Assembly: GCA_030704615.1 (NCBI GenBank)
Contig: CM060733.1
Location: 33,108,001 to 33,172,000, forward strand
Origin: Takakia lepidozioides
Taxonomy: Eukaryota > Plantae > Bryophyta
Direction of reading: 5' to 3'
DNA length: 64,000 nt
In this document: in pieces, positions 36,960-50,854 of the stretch
How positions within the stretch are numbered: position 1 is the stretch's first letter
Layout of the letters: each line of letters starts with the position of its first letter
Program-made: the position numbers and the translations under genes
The notes under the pieces: model-generated
Seen by the model: only the letters and a program-made list of their open reading frames with translations
What the model was told of the DNA's origin: nothing
Database searches by the model: none

Positions 36960-38622
36960 TCCTTGGAGGACTACGACCTAGCAACAGTCGTGGACGTTCA
37001 AGTTTGTCAAATCATGCGGTGGGTGTTATGCCATCCTACAAGCCTATCTTCCAGTTCGAGCAACAGATTCAGATCTCGGAAAGGGATTATTGCATACAAT
37101 CCTTCTCATGGCATTACGAGATGAAGAAACATGTTGGTAACGAACACGGTGCTGCACTCACAAGATATAAGGAGCACAAACGATCTGCAGATGAGGCTCA
37201 AGGTGGACGCCAAAAATGTAAGAAGAGAAGGAACTCGGCTGCACCCATTGCACCCAAATGGAACCAAGGAACTCGGCTGCACCCAAATGTCTTGCCGCCT
37301 TTTCTGTCTTTTGCAGTCACTTTTAATCGAGGCCATGCACAGAATATGTGTGCACTTATGCTTGATCCTCGGTACAAAGGCCTGCAGTGCATCATGGACT
37401 ATGGAGGACGAGAATACACAAAGGCTATTGCAGAAGAGTATGATCAACAAGTCATGTTGCCACTATTGGTAACTGCATTCAAGCACCTCAATCCAGGCCG
37501 TGTAGATAATCCTCCTCCAGAAGAGCCACTCCCTCATGAATCACTATGGGGAGTTTCTGCCTCGACTGAGGAGGCGAGCTTAGGGCTTGTAAAAAGTGAC
37601 TTATCAATGTATCGCCGTTTGATTGTGAATCCAGATGATGTCAAGTCTCCGTTATTGTGGTGGAAGGATCATGAAAGCCGCTTCCCTAATGTAGGGTTTT
37701 TGGCTCGCCAATTTCTAGGAATACCAGGTTCGCAGATTGAGACCGAACGCATATTCAGCATTGCAGGGATACTTACCAGTATGCGTCAATGCCGACTTGG
37801 AGTGAAGAACATGGACAAATTAGTGATGGTTTTAAAGAACTGGCCTAGCGATGCAAGGACTGGTTGCCCTCTCGCTGATAAGGAAGTGGAGGAATTTTTC
37901 ATTGCTGAAGATGATCTCCTTGAAGATTATGAAGAAGAACTTGAAGATGCTGGTTACTTTGAGGATGTGTTGTAGCACTTAGTTTCAGTACTTTCTGGCT
38001 GTGAGGATGTCTGCAATTGTGTGGCAGCTTCAGTACTCTTAACATGTTTGCAAATGTTGTGACTCAACAGATTGGGGGCAATCATATGACTTCTGTTACA
38101 AATTGAATTATAGTGCACTTGAAACACAATGCCTGCATGTTTATTTCGCTTTGACTGTAAAGAGATTGTATTTTTTTGTGCTATCAGATTGTACTAGCTC
38201 ATGGAGCTTGGTAATTGCAATGGTCTAAGGCTGTAAGTTAGTGAGTGATGCTCACTTGAAAATATTGGTATGAGATGATTTGCTTCTGAGAATTTCAAGG
38301 AGCAAAATTTGCTTCCAAGTGAATAGGTTGGTTGAAGTGCTGAAGTGCACACTTCAGCTTTTTTTTAAATAAATATAAATAAAATAAAATAAAAAAGCTG
38401 ATACAAGTATTGATCACCAATACTTGCTGGTATCACTTTAATATTGCTCATATTTATACCAGTACTGCACAATTCCAATCTCAACAATTACTCGTACCAT
38501 ACTGGTAGTGGAAATGTCAATATGTGGCTGGTACCAGAGTTAAGCTGGTATCAAAAATCTTTAAAATCCTCATACCCAGGACCAGACTGGTATGTGTTGC
38601 ATGCGATACCAGACCAACACTG
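36960..38622 (+). mobile_element. Deleted hAT transposon (BED-finger remnant, dimerisation domain, right TIR)
   Basis: MLDPRYK; PLLWWKDHESRFPNVGFLARQFLGIPGSQIETERIFS; terminus ATACCAGACCAACACTG ends at 38622; left end not found. Confidence 0.85.
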
Positions 38623-39499
38623 GTACAGACGTCCAATTTCATGCTCTGGTACATATAACTGTCCAGAGAAGAGTACTACATGTAGTACATATCTATATGA
38701 ACAGTCAAGAACCAGTAAGAATGTTTGTCATTGTGGTACCACTCAACTTGAGTCATAGTTGAGGTGACTTCAGCCTACAAAGACTTGCTGCAGTACTAGA
38801 AAACCCTTGAAAGACGTGAGACCTGCCAATGAGCCCCTCCCAACCATACGGACTGATGCCCGTAGTACAATTTACACACTTTCAACTAGAGTTAAAATGG
38901 CACAAATATCTGGAGAAGCGGATGATGACTGAAGGTCTCTCTGATATGTAAATGTTCCCGCAGTACAGAAGAGAAGTCTCTTGTGTACAGGTACAGCATG
39001 ACCCGGAATCCTGCATCTGATGCAGCTACAAAAGAGGACTAACCTTGCACAAGTACAAGTGCTAGACAGAGTGGAGCTGACCAGCAAGGCGCAAATGTGG
39101 GACTATCATTCTGTAGAGTTTCAGGGCCTCTTCAAAACCCACAAAAGGCCTGTAGTCAGGAAAGGAGGTGAAGACCTTTTTGATAATGGATCAAGGCTGT
39201 ATCTGCGCCTCAAATATATGATATCATGGCGCAGATATGATATCATACGTACCCATCCTTGAGCTTTACTGCAGACAATCACCTGCCAGAGCCAGCATGA
39301 TCCCTTAGTCCGTAAGCACTGGAGAAAATTGACCTCAGCACTATCATTAGCATGAGAATGCAGAAGGCCTTTGAGGAAGAGGGCAAGATGCTCCTATGTC
39401 AGCATCTATATGCCTGGATTGAACGGAAAAACTCTCACTTTTCTGGGAATCAAAAATTACCAAAAAATGAAAGAATAACATGGACAGGTGTCCCACTCG

Positions 39500-39890
39500 T
39501 GTCCCAGAGGCCGTGCTGATGGAGTGCTGATGAGCCCATAAGCAATGATGAACCTCTCAATGTGGTAGCAAAGAGAAAGTTCCTTATGTTCCTCATCTAA
39601 ACAGTCCAATACGAAACATGTGTCAGGTTGGTACCCTGCCACAATCTGTTCAGCTCATCATGGTTTTCCTCAATTTATGGATGTGATTTGTCAGCTTCTG
39701 CAACAAATACATGCACCTGGCTGGCAACCTCAATTGCTCTCGTTCCTCTCTGACAAGGTCTCTATCGATAGAGCACTCAATTGAATGCACTCAATTGTTC
39801 TGAAGTTGGATCCACCGCACCCTGGAACTTATGTGCTGCTATCAAACATCTATGCTGCAGCTGGCAGATGGGAGGATAAGGTGAAGGTGA
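39500..39890. pseudogene. E/DYW domain fragments in opposite orientations
   Basis: Minus strand [25 protein letters not shown]; plus strand TYVLLSNIYAAAGRW. Confidence 0.7.
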
Positions 39891-40139
39891 GGAAGAGCAA
39901 TTGAGTGCTTGAGTGCTTTCACTAAGGATCTCGGATGAGGTTACGGATGAATGAGCGACAGAGCAGGATGAATGTCGAGGAGATGGCGACATGCAGAGCG
40001 TTGATGCAATACCGATCAACGGCTGGGGGGGCGCCGCCTTGAATCAACAAGGTACATGACTAAGCAGATTTTGGTAATTACGTTTTAGGCTTGAGGATAT
40101 TATCAAGCCCTTATTAGACGCCACTTGGCCATGTATTAA

Positions 40140-40830
40140 ACACATACTAGGGTAGCATGTGCCGTTGGCCCAAGTGTCCAGTGTCATCCAAGCCTGAGTG
40201 TACAATCTTCTATGTATCCTAGTCCGTCTCCTATGTCGAGGCCCAAGTGTGACCTCTAGTGTAGCCTATGCAGTTGGCCCATGTCTGAAGAATTGAAATC
40301 TAAGACCAAGTGTAATTTCCTATGTATCCAAATGCGTTTCCTATGTCGGAGGCCCATTTAAGCCCAAAGTGCAATCTTCTATTCATGTATCTAAGTGCAT
40401 CTCCCATGTAGAGCCCCACTTGTTCGCTGTCATCTAAGCCTAAGTCCAGTCTCCTATGTATCTAGTGCAATTTCCTATGTATCCAATGTAGCTAGTGTAG
40501 CCTATGCCGTTGGCCCATGTATGAAGAGTTGAAATCTAGCAATTTCCTATGTATCCCAATTCGTCTCCTATGTCCAGCGACCTCTAATGTAGCCTATGCT
40601 GTTGGCCCATGTATGAAGAGTTGAAATCTAGCAATTTCCTATGTATCCCAATTCGTCTCCTATGTCCAGCGACCTCTAATGTAGCCTATGCCGTTTGACC
40701 CATGTGTGAAGAATTGAAATCTAAGTCCATGTGCAATCTCCTAAGTGAGGCCCATCTAAGCCCAACTGCAATCTTCTATTTATGTACCCGAGTACATTCT
40801 CTCATTGGGTCTCCATCTTAAGCTTGTGGC
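40140..40830. repeat. Degenerate tandem repeats (CCTATGT-rich) with a ~92-bp near-exact duplication
   Basis: Direct duplication around 40495-40690; related inverted copy at ~41400-41478. Confidence 0.6.
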
Positions 40831-41607
40831 CTACAGTGCCAGAAATTGGCATCAGCAGAAGGAGCTGTGCAGCTCTATGTGAAGTGAATGATACATTCCA
40901 TGCCTGGAGAAAATGTCCAATGTCCAGGAGATAATTTTTGGGCCAATGCTGCTTTCTATTTTTCCAGTCCTTTCAGTTGCTGGTTATAGCAGCCACTTAC
41001 TGCCAGAGACTGATTACTTCATGTATACATCCAAATGCGCAAATGATAATCAAATTCCCGAAAATCAATAACGAGATTTTTGGGCAATAGAGCTCCGCAG
41101 TATCTTGTGGTTAATTTGAAAGGTGCCACAATTGCTGCAGATGTGGATGCGTAATTGTTAAGACATGCCCAATACCACGCCCCAAGAAGGACCCTAAGAA
41201 GGGTTCGAGGACTGCAGCCGCCGAGAGATCTAGCGAGAGAGACGAAGAGAACGTTTAGAGCCTGGGCCAAGGGCACACCCTAGCAAAAGTGGGCTTTCCT
41301 GGGAGCCTTGGGGGGAGATATATCAATAATGAATGGATATATTACTACTCAATAAATTAATGGAAAAGAAAAAAAAATCGGGCATTGACAAGGAGACGCA
41401 CTTGGATACATAGAAGATTGCACTTGGGCAAGTTACATGACACTGGACACTTGGGCCTCTACATGGGAGATGCACTTGTTGTTTGCTGTAGCCTTGTGGC
41501 CTAGACTCCATGCAAGAGTAAACAACCTTCATATTGAATCTCCACTGTAAGCATTGTGAATCAAGGTGCAGCTTGTCAAACCACACACAAAACAATATAC
41601 TGCGATT

Positions 41608-44186
41608 TTACGGCGTCTGTTCAGGCACCTGCTCAAACGCCTCAACAGCTGCCATGTGTGTTGGAACTTTCTCTGGTTCTGGTGGAGACTCAGAGCTGCC
41701 AGGGTGTGGCCGGTTGCCACCCAAGCGCAACCTCTGGTAGCCAAGGAAACTCCAGTCCCACAAATGTAAGGCGATGTAGGTCCCAATTCCCCCAATCAGT
41801 CCATAGGCAATAGAATATGTGAGGGGCATTAAAATTATGGTAACAAATGCTGGAATGGCATCACTCAGGTTCTCCCAATCGATCTCAGCCACAGCCTTCA
41901 TCATCATCACCCCGACAACAAACAATGAAGGCCCAATTGCCCAAGGAGGGATAGAAGCCAAAAGTGGTGTAAAAAAGAGAGAGAGGAAAAAGTAGAAGGA
42001 GACTGTCAATGCGGTCAGCCCTGTGCGGCCTCCTTCACGAATTCCTGTGGATGATTCAATGAAAGTTGTCACTGGAGAGGTCCCAAGCAAAGAGCCACAT
42101 ACGATTGCAGTCGCATCACTCATAAATGCAAAGTACTGGCCCTCAAAATTTCCCTGTGCATCCACAAAGCCTGCAAATTTTGCCATTGAAAACAGAGTAC
42201 CCGTGGTGTCCAAGATATCAATATACAGAAACGTTATCAGAGCCACCCAAAGTTCACTTTTGCCGAATTGGCTGAAGCTGAGGGCACCCGCTGTCTTCTC
42301 AATCTTGTGCACATCTACAACTTTTTTGAAGTAGGCGTATGAGGCATTTCCATAAGTTGTGTCAGGGAAGTACGTGACCTGCATCGTAACTTGACATATT
42401 AACAAGGATTCCAACAAACTGGGCAATCGTCACATATGTTGGACTAGGAAGCTGGCAAACAGGCATGTGCCTAATGACAAGGCTCCAACAGCAGGACACA
42501 TAACAAGTACATTATGCATGGCATTAGAATCAGTATCTACACAGTGATATGGTAGCAAAAGGGAAGCAACATCATAGAGAGAAAGAGAGGGAGAGAGAAT
42601 CTAGATGATAATGACCATGCAATCTCTGTGAGTTGCGACTGACCGAAGTGTGCCGAAACCACGACACAGCCGTTACAAACACAATGCCATATATCATCGC
42701 ACCCTTCACACTTTTTATCAGGGCATAGCAAATCATAAGGAAGCCTACAATCGCAAGCCAAAAGGTCGGATCCTCCATGCGATGCTTTGAGCACATGATG
42801 TTACCCGAGACAGTCCCCCCTGTTTTCATCACAAAAATGACAAGACAGCATGGTCACAAAAGAAAAACTGATACTAATCTTTGTCCAGGGAAGCAAAATG
42901 GGAACACCTCAAATTCTGCAGTGTTGAGAAATAAGAGTGAAGAATTTAGCTTCAAACCACAAAGAGAACCACAACATGAGCTACTGCTGTTCCCACAGAG
43001 TTACCTGAGTATCAGCTAGCTCACATATTGCTGCTGATCAGAAAGGCAGAGGTCAAAGAATGATCCTAACTCACATCGTAACAAAGCATTCACAACGGAG
43101 CGACATAGACTGGTCCCCCTAATTGGCACAAATGCAAGTTGGATAAGATCCTGAAAAATGCAAAGCCAAGGGCAGCTATGATATCAATGTCAGATGTCAC
43201 CCCTAAACTGATCTAGATCAAAGCTCAATTGACCAGATGAAACCTTGATTTCAACAAACGTGCTCATCAAACTCACCATTCTCAACAAATGAGCTCTGGG
43301 CACCAAAAAATAAAATAATTGGGTTTTTAAATTTAGAATGGACGTGTGTTCACACACCTGATACAAGGACAGTAGTGTCGTTGATTGTCTGGACTGGTGC
43401 TACTGTCCCTCGGTACTGACTGGGGCATCCTCCTAATGTGACAAGTGTAGATGAATCATAGGCCACCAGCCCTACACCCTGGTTTCCTTGGAGCCCAATG
43501 AAGGCCAGAAAGAGCCCAATCCCTGCTGAAGTGGAAAGCCGCACAGGCCTAGGAATCGCCTTAGCAATCCTGGTTCGGAACCCAAGTGCAGCAATAATCA
43601 AGAAGATAATTCCTTCAATAAGGACTGCTGCCATGGCACTCTTATATGGGATGTTGCCAGACCCATGGAATCCTACCACTGTGTACGCAAAGTAGGCATT
43701 GGTTCCCATACCTGGCGCAAGTGCCAGGGGAAGATTTGCAAACATTCCCATTATGAAGCATCCAATGAGGGATGAAGCAGCAGTTGCAACAATGAGGTCT
43801 TTTCTTACTGTGGTCAAGCAATCCGTGTACCCCTTATTTACAGGAGTAAATTTACACTCAGGTCCAGGGGCTATGAGGGAGAGTGCCGTCCCATTGGATC
43901 CAATGCCGCTGCACTGAGCATTGGCAATGGTGGGATCACTGCAGAAAGGAATACAATCACTAACACTGCAAGGTCCCCCTGAATCAGTAAGAATGCTTGC
44001 ATTTACAGCTAGAATGTATGCCATGGTTAGAAATGTGGCAGTTCCCGCCCGCAGCTCCTGAGTGAAGTAGGTGTTCCGTTCTTCTAGTTTGAAGTATTTC
44101 CCTACCCTGCTTTGGGCCACTGATGCATTCAAGCCTTCTAATGATCTACTCCATTTTTTACCAGCCTTTCGATACCAGTTTGCCAT
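41608..44186 (-). CDS. AZG1: AzgA-family adenine/guanine permease (591 aa; exons 44186-43358, 42819-42644, 42378-41608)
   Basis: [56 protein letters not shown]; GT-AG splicing gives a 1776-nt in-frame CDS. Confidence 0.93.
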
Positions 44187-44538
44187 TGAGGTGGCCTCAA
44201 TTATCAAGCTAACTGTTCTCTCTCTCTCCCTCTCTTGCTCTCTCTAGTTTCTGTGACTATGGGAAATTGTCAATAGAGGACTAACTCTCCATGAAATCAA
44301 CGACCTCCGTGATTCCATCTTCCACTCCATTAGGGGTTTTGTGTGGGACTGCGAAATATTGTCTCTCTGAAAAGAGGTCAGACCCACCTGCCGAAAGTCG
44401 ATGTGAATATGTGAGAATAAAGAGAATAGGATAAGGTCTTTAGTAGTAAGATTTGGGTCTCTCACACCCGGAAATTTATCCACAATAAGAAGCTGATTTC
44501 TGTCTACCTCAGAGGGGATCTCAGGACAAGACCTCAGC

Positions 44539-44588
44539 TGTGTGTGTGTGTGTGTGTGTGTGTGTCTCTCTCTCTCTCTCTCTCTCTC
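44539..44588. repeat. (TG)n(TC)n compound microsatellite
   Basis: Seen directly in the sequence. Confidence 0.95.
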
Positions 44589-47500
44589 GTATCTTATTCA
44601 CATCAACAAGCCGCTATCGACAAAACTACACTGTGACGCGCAATCCCTCTAAAGTAACAGCGGAACAGTTTTAAGTACAAGGCCATGGACTTGTAGTACA
44701 CCCACACAGAATGATCCACATCTCAGATGCCGGATCCCAAAAGCAAATGAACCAGACCAACAGGCCTGCAGTCAAGATTCTGACCCGCAACAAAGAGAAA
44801 CAAAGAGATGCAAGCCAACTTAAAAAGGGAACTAGTAATGATACCCGTACACCGGAAAGATCACTCAAAGACACCCATCGAGAGAACGAACTTCCACTAA
44901 CAACCACTACATGCTCAGACAGATTCTCACAGATAAGGACAAGGCCTTAAACCTCCTCAGTCAAACAATCTCGAGGGTCAAAAGTCAACACACCTCCGTG
45001 TTCATCCCACAAACGACCACGGTGACAATGTAGTTCTAAGCAGATCCCATATTTGTTGTAGAGGCTCCCCAAAACTGGGGGGGCGGACTGACTGCTACCA
45101 GTCCACCATAGCCGCTGTCCTCACCACCAACACATCGCTCGTATCCGGCTGTCAGCGCGCTGTCTGGCACCTGTAGCAGATTCACTCCAACTACATTTCC
45201 TTCTTCTCCACATCATTGCGATCGCCTCCATCTCTGCATCACTCGCAAATTCCTTCCGGCATCGTCACGCCATCGTCTCTCACAAGTCAGCCTTCTGCAT
45301 CACGTGCACCATTGCAGCTCCTCTGCGTTCACACTTCCGCACCTCACATTCCCAAACTCTTTCCTCTCTGTTTCTGATCTGCTGTGTGAATGGAATCTCG
45401 GAAATGAATAGCAAAGCATTCCCGGGATTCAGGATTTGAACCCAGAACCACTTGAATTGTGCGTAATTGTTTTTTAAATTTTACTTCTCACATTTCATTC
45501 CGAAGGTAGGTAAACTCCAATTTGGTTTTTTCAAATGGCAGCTCACAATTCGGGAGGAAAAAATTAACCCCCTTGTATGTAAGCCATGAAGCGTACAACA
45601 GACCGACCGGCCTCGAAACCAAGTAACAAGATAAGTTAGAGCTCCGAACCACTTGGTGACGCAATGTGCATTATCCGACTGAGCTACCGACTCTTGATAA
45701 AAGTTTATAATTTATTGACTCCTCCCTAAGGAGAGACCACCCAGCGATTGTTTTCTCCTGATGTACCTTCTCCGCTTACCCAAGCGACCCATTCTGGGTC
45801 GGTTGGGTTTGCTTAACCAGCCATAACTTCATGTGGTTAAGGCTGATTGGGCGTTTTTTGGGCTCAATCGATAGAAAATCGGGTCCCCCTTCATATGGCA
45901 TTGGCCAATTGGTCAATGCCTGAAGGGGTATGGGTCTGGACCAATTGGAAGGGGGCACACTCAGCTTTTTGAGGCCAATTTGGCCCCCCTAACCTGCCCA
46001 AGTTGCTGACATGGCAACTGCGGTCAGGTTAGGGTGACTGAAAGATACCCCATAAAGGTTAGAGCGGCACGCTCCCCCAAACCCATTGACCGGCAGGGGC
46101 ATGGCGCCCGGCGCAGGTCTGGGCATTCCCAGGCCTGGGCCCTAGCCTGAATCGACGGCGATGGCAGCTCCGGCCAATGCCATGCAGGGCGGGCTGGAGG
46201 GAGTGTAGCCGCGATGGCGGCAGAGCTCGGGGCTCGAGAAAAACGCCACGAGGAGTGAGCCAAACCTAGGGCGGGGGTTTGATAGGGTTGAGGGTGGAGT
46301 GGCCCCCATGAAAGCAGGGCCGGGTAGCCAGAGGAGCTCCCAAACCCCGTGCCCTTCTGGGCTATGGCTCCAAATATCCTAGACCTGCAGGCTATAACAT
46401 AGGTGTGCCATTTGAAGTCTTGGGCAGGGAACCTAAAGATGTGAGGGCAATTACTGATTGGTCCCAAACTTTTTTGGGGATCTCATATGGATGTTCATGA
46501 CACTTCAACAGAGGGATTAGGAAATGAAGGGCTGAATTTGTTTGTATAATTCTAGGAAGAGATATTTTGGCCTGCCCAAAGAAAATGGCATATTTTGACC
46601 CCCCAATTTGTCACTACAAAGGAGCCCACTTGAGAACATTTCAGAAAAAACTGAAAAATTATGAGGATGTGTGTTGTCAGGTATGGTACAACATTCTTGA
46701 GACTCTCAAAAAAAGAGAAATTAAAACTGCCCAAATACGAGCAAAAAACTGCTTTTTTTGGCACCTATTTCTTTGTGAAGAGTTTTTTTTGTCCCCACTC
46801 TACACTTTATAATCTTCTGGCAGTTGGAATTTGATGAAACGTTTTGTGGCAGGAGGTGGTGTAGGTGGGAAGTAATTCCAACGGTCAGTTTTAGAGGGAC
46901 ATAGAGATTTTCAAGATAAAAATGTTTTTGTGGGCCAGGGAAATGTTTTTCCACGAGAGGGTGAAAATGAGTCTGGGCACTTAAGGGTTAATACCTACCT
47001 ATCAAGATAATACCTTCCCAATAAATAGCCATTTGCAATAGACTCTAGACTTTTCATCCACTCATTGTTATCCATCCATCCATTCAGGCCCTTGTGGAGG
47101 AGGAAAGTTTAACCTCCTCCTTTTTATATAAGCCGGGCATATATCACAAGAGGAAACGTCAACCCCCCCAACTGACAAGTCACGAAACATAGCATACACA
47201 CATAGGAATTGAACCCCAAAGCTACCAAACCGCAAGAGAAATTTAGGTTTAAGTCAGGATTCCAAAGAGTCGGCTGCTATGGGCTGTTTTTTTCTTGGTG
47301 CTCTGCATTTTCTTTCTCGTTGCTCTGCAATCCTTCTAAAATCTGCTTAAAATAAAATCTCCTTAAAATAAAAACCTCCTCCTCTAGGTAGGTTCAATGG
47401 GCATGCCCAAGGTCCCTCTGGGATCTTTGGGTCTCGCCTTAGGCTTGGGCCTTTGCCTCAAGCTAAAAACACAAAAGGGGTAGGGTCTTCTACCACTAGC

Positions 47501-48217
47501 TTAATCCCTCAATGGGGCAATTATACACCGTATTGGTTAAAAATGTACTTGGGGGTATAAAAGTGTATTTTTGCATAAACAACGAGTTGTTGGATTTTAC
47601 AATAGGGTAGTGTTAACTTATGCAACAATTCGGTAAATATATGTTATTCTTGAAACATGATGTGTTAAATATTCACACGTTTAGCCTTGGTTGGTTTTTT
47701 TTTTTTTTTTAAAAAGGATTGGGATATTCACTCTAATCCCGTTTAAAATCAGTGGAGTAACATATCATTGGTGTTATAATAGAATGTAGAAAAGTGCGTC
47801 TGAGATGTAATTTCGAGCAAAAAATTCAACTATGCACATAGGCAGTGTGACATTATAAAAATATAGGTCGGCATATAATTCGTCGTTATACCAGCCACAT
47901 CATGATGCTAGGAAGATTATGAAGACCATCTTGAGATCATCCAATCAAACTCAATATTGAAACTGGAAGCAACCTTTCCCAAGCGTTACATTCACAAAAA
48001 CAAAAAAATTCAACTAGGCCATGAAACTGATGACCATCCACTGTGAGAGAGGATAGAGCAGCACCTGAAACATTGTTGCCAACTATGGTAGATCACCTGC
48101 CCGCAGTGCCCTGCCACCAATCCACTACCACACCTCGCCAACTCTAGTGCATCCACCAACCCGCTACCGCTTCCACAAAATCTATTTGCCCTATCTCTTC
48201 TTGCACTCCCTACCGAC

Positions 48218-48671
48218 CAGTGTTGGTCTGGTATCAGGTTTAGGACATACCAGACTGTTCCTGGAGACCCATCACAAAACTTCATACCAGTCTGGTCTAT
48301 ATAATGGTGGGTATATCTTTTTCCAGATACTGGTATGAATATGAGTATCATGACCACAATACCAGCTGGTATGAGATACCAATTCTGGTATCATTCCATA
48401 GCCATCTTGACTTACAAGTTTATCAAATATCAAGTGAAAACAAATACAATAAACATAAAGTAAATATAAATAAATACATGTATGTACATGTACACATAAA
48501 TTGGTATAGTACACGTACCAGAGTAAATGAGGAAGACGGTGGGGGGGTACTGCTATTGTGGCTGGTATCCGTTTAAGCCTGGTTTGGTATATGACCTGGT
48601 ATGTAGAACTTAAAGATCAGGCTTGTCTGGTCCCTGATACCAGGGTTGATACCCATACCAGACCAACACTG
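48218..48671. mobile_element. hAT-family MITE (454 bp)
   Basis: 17-bp TIR CAGTGTTGGTCTGGTAT; 8-bp TSD CTACCGAC/TTACCGAC; same TIR as the hAT ending at 38622. Confidence 0.9.
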
Positions 48672-49086
48672 TTACCGACCCTACCTCTCTTCCTGCTCTC
48701 CCTCTTTGGCTATAGTCACCTCGCCCTACTTCTACAACGCGTCTCCCTCCATTCTAGAATCTCTGCCAGCCAACTAACTAGCACATGCACTCCATGCGAC
48801 CCCAAGCCCTTTGGTTGGTTTGTTTTTTAAAAAGAACTTAGGGTACATATTTATCACCTTTCTTTTCTGGGCCTTTGCCCTTCTGTAGTGTAATGGCGGG
48901 CACTACTCCAGTTATGACTCCATGGCTCAGAAATGTGGTTTACTTTCCCTTCACGGGCCACTGGACATGTTTCCTTGGAAATCCAATCCAGAAGACATAC
49001 TATAATACTTCAAGTTCCATCATAGTAGAATTTAGAACAAGGTTTCAGACAATCCAAATTGTTTTATTTGGGTCCCCGTAAGGAGA

Positions 49087-49278
49087 GGGTTGCGCCAGCC
49101 AAGGAGGTAGTGCAATACCGAGGCGACGCGCGCGAGCCCGAGCAGCAAGCTGCCGGATGGGCCCGCACCCGAGAAAAATTAGAATAATATGATGGGACTC
49201 GATGAGTCCCGTATCAGATATTAAACTGATAAGAACAGATACTACACTTGATCTTAGCCAAAAGGCCGAGAAAGGTAT
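49087..49278 (-). ncRNA. U2: U2 spliceosomal snRNA
   Basis: ATACCTTTCTCGGCCTTTTGGCTAAGATCAAGTGTAGTATCTG, Sm site AATTTTTC, loop IV TATTGCACTA; 3' end approximate. Confidence 0.97.
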
Positions 49279-49301
49279 ACTGTAAGAGTTGTGCTACGGG
49301 G

Positions 49302-49347
49302 TTTATATACTGAGCCGGACTGAAACATTGGGCAATCGATATGGGAT
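49302..49347 (-). promoter_or_regulatory. snRNA promoter: USE plus TATA
   Basis: ATCCCATATCG (49347-49337) versus consensus RTCCCACATCG; TATATAAA at 49309-49302. Confidence 0.85.
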
Positions 49348-50854
49348 AATGTTTCATGCTGCCAATTTATCTCTACTGGCATAGGTAGGCTTGGTTGGGT
49401 GCTCCGGCCCACACGCATGGATTTCTTGGCTTACCTCAGTCTCCTCTCCCTTCATTCCTGGTTATCATGTTGTCAAACAGTCTGATGGTCAGAGTGACAG
49501 GAAAGAGGCATGATCCACCCAGCGACCGCATTCAGCTCAGATAGCGCACCGTGCTTGCTGATAGCACAGACAGCATAGCTCCTGTCGGCTGAACACTTGA
49601 AATTCCCAGATGCTACAACAGCAATTTCCCTGCAGGATATAACAGTTTCCGGATTGCGTTGAGTGAGTGAGATAGTCCTTTCTTCTTTCCGCAGCTGTGA
49701 TGCTGCTTCGCCTCTATTTCAAGCAGCTGTTATGTACATACACATTCGGTGTGGCTCCCCCTTGCAGTTTTCATCAACCCAAATCGCACATCTTTGATGC
49801 TCTCTCTCTCACTCACTCCTCGATTAAGCTCAGTTCTTTGGATGATATCACTGGTGCTGCTATACACCGTTTGTTCTCTCCAGATTACCTGGGGCATGAA
49901 ATGACAGACCCGTTCACAAGTTGTTTTATAATATTCAGAATTCAGAGTGTGTTTGTCTGCATAGTGGGAGAGAGGGATATGTGCCCAGTAGTCTTTGCTT
50001 GCCGTAGCCTTGTGGCCAAGACGGTGCACACCGAGTTTGGGAACAGCAGAATTGTTTGTTCATACCAGTCAAGGTCACACCGAGTCAAAATTTAACAATT
50101 TTCGGATAGAGGGAGCAGAACGGGTTCCGCTACCGAGCCAGCAGGCTTAGACCGTGGGATATAAGAGAGATGATATAACACCAGAGGAGAAAACTTATGG
50201 GGAAGCCAGCGTACACTATTGAGACAGGTTTATGAAAACATTCCCTGTAATTTAAAGATGCCTTGGATTTTATGCTGGGGGCTACTAGATTTCATCGCTA
50301 GAGGCGGCCCCAGTTGTGCATTGGAAATCTGCCTACCCACTCGTGATGATTCGATAAAGCTATCCAACAGGAGGATAGAGAGAGGCTCGTGGTAGTGAAT
50401 GATTTTCGCCAGATCTGTTTGGCTATGTGTCGAGTTGTTCTAGAGCTTATGGTGATAAGACACTCGACAATTATGCAAAATCTTCAGAATTGGAGCAAGA
50501 CCATTTAGTGCTCAACTTAGTCACTGGCAGCATATGTAGATGTGGGGAATGTGGGGAGTTTGGTTGTTGCAGCAGGCTGCCATAGAAATGAAATTGTCAG
50601 CAGTATCTCCTGCTGCGTTTCATCAGTGGGAAATCTTGTTGTCAATATCAAAGCCAAGTGACAGCTGGATCCAATCATTTTACTTTCTTTATTGCTGGTG
50701 ATATAAAAACTGGCGCAGTTGGTGGCAGAAAATTGCTACATCCCAATTGCTACATCCCTGCCTTTTACTAGGCGTCCCCATGGCAACAATGGCACCAACT
50801 TGAAGCTATCAAAGTTAAAGCTTCTGTCCATCCATCCACACACCACAGTTTCTG

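Noticed and set aside
36797-37975. 392-aa ORF as one gene
   Set aside because: Chance in-frame join of a MULE remnant and a deleted hAT; only the C-terminal part is real hAT coding sequence
46970-46991. piggyBac-like end (..AAGGG-TTAA)
   Set aside because: No matching left terminus found
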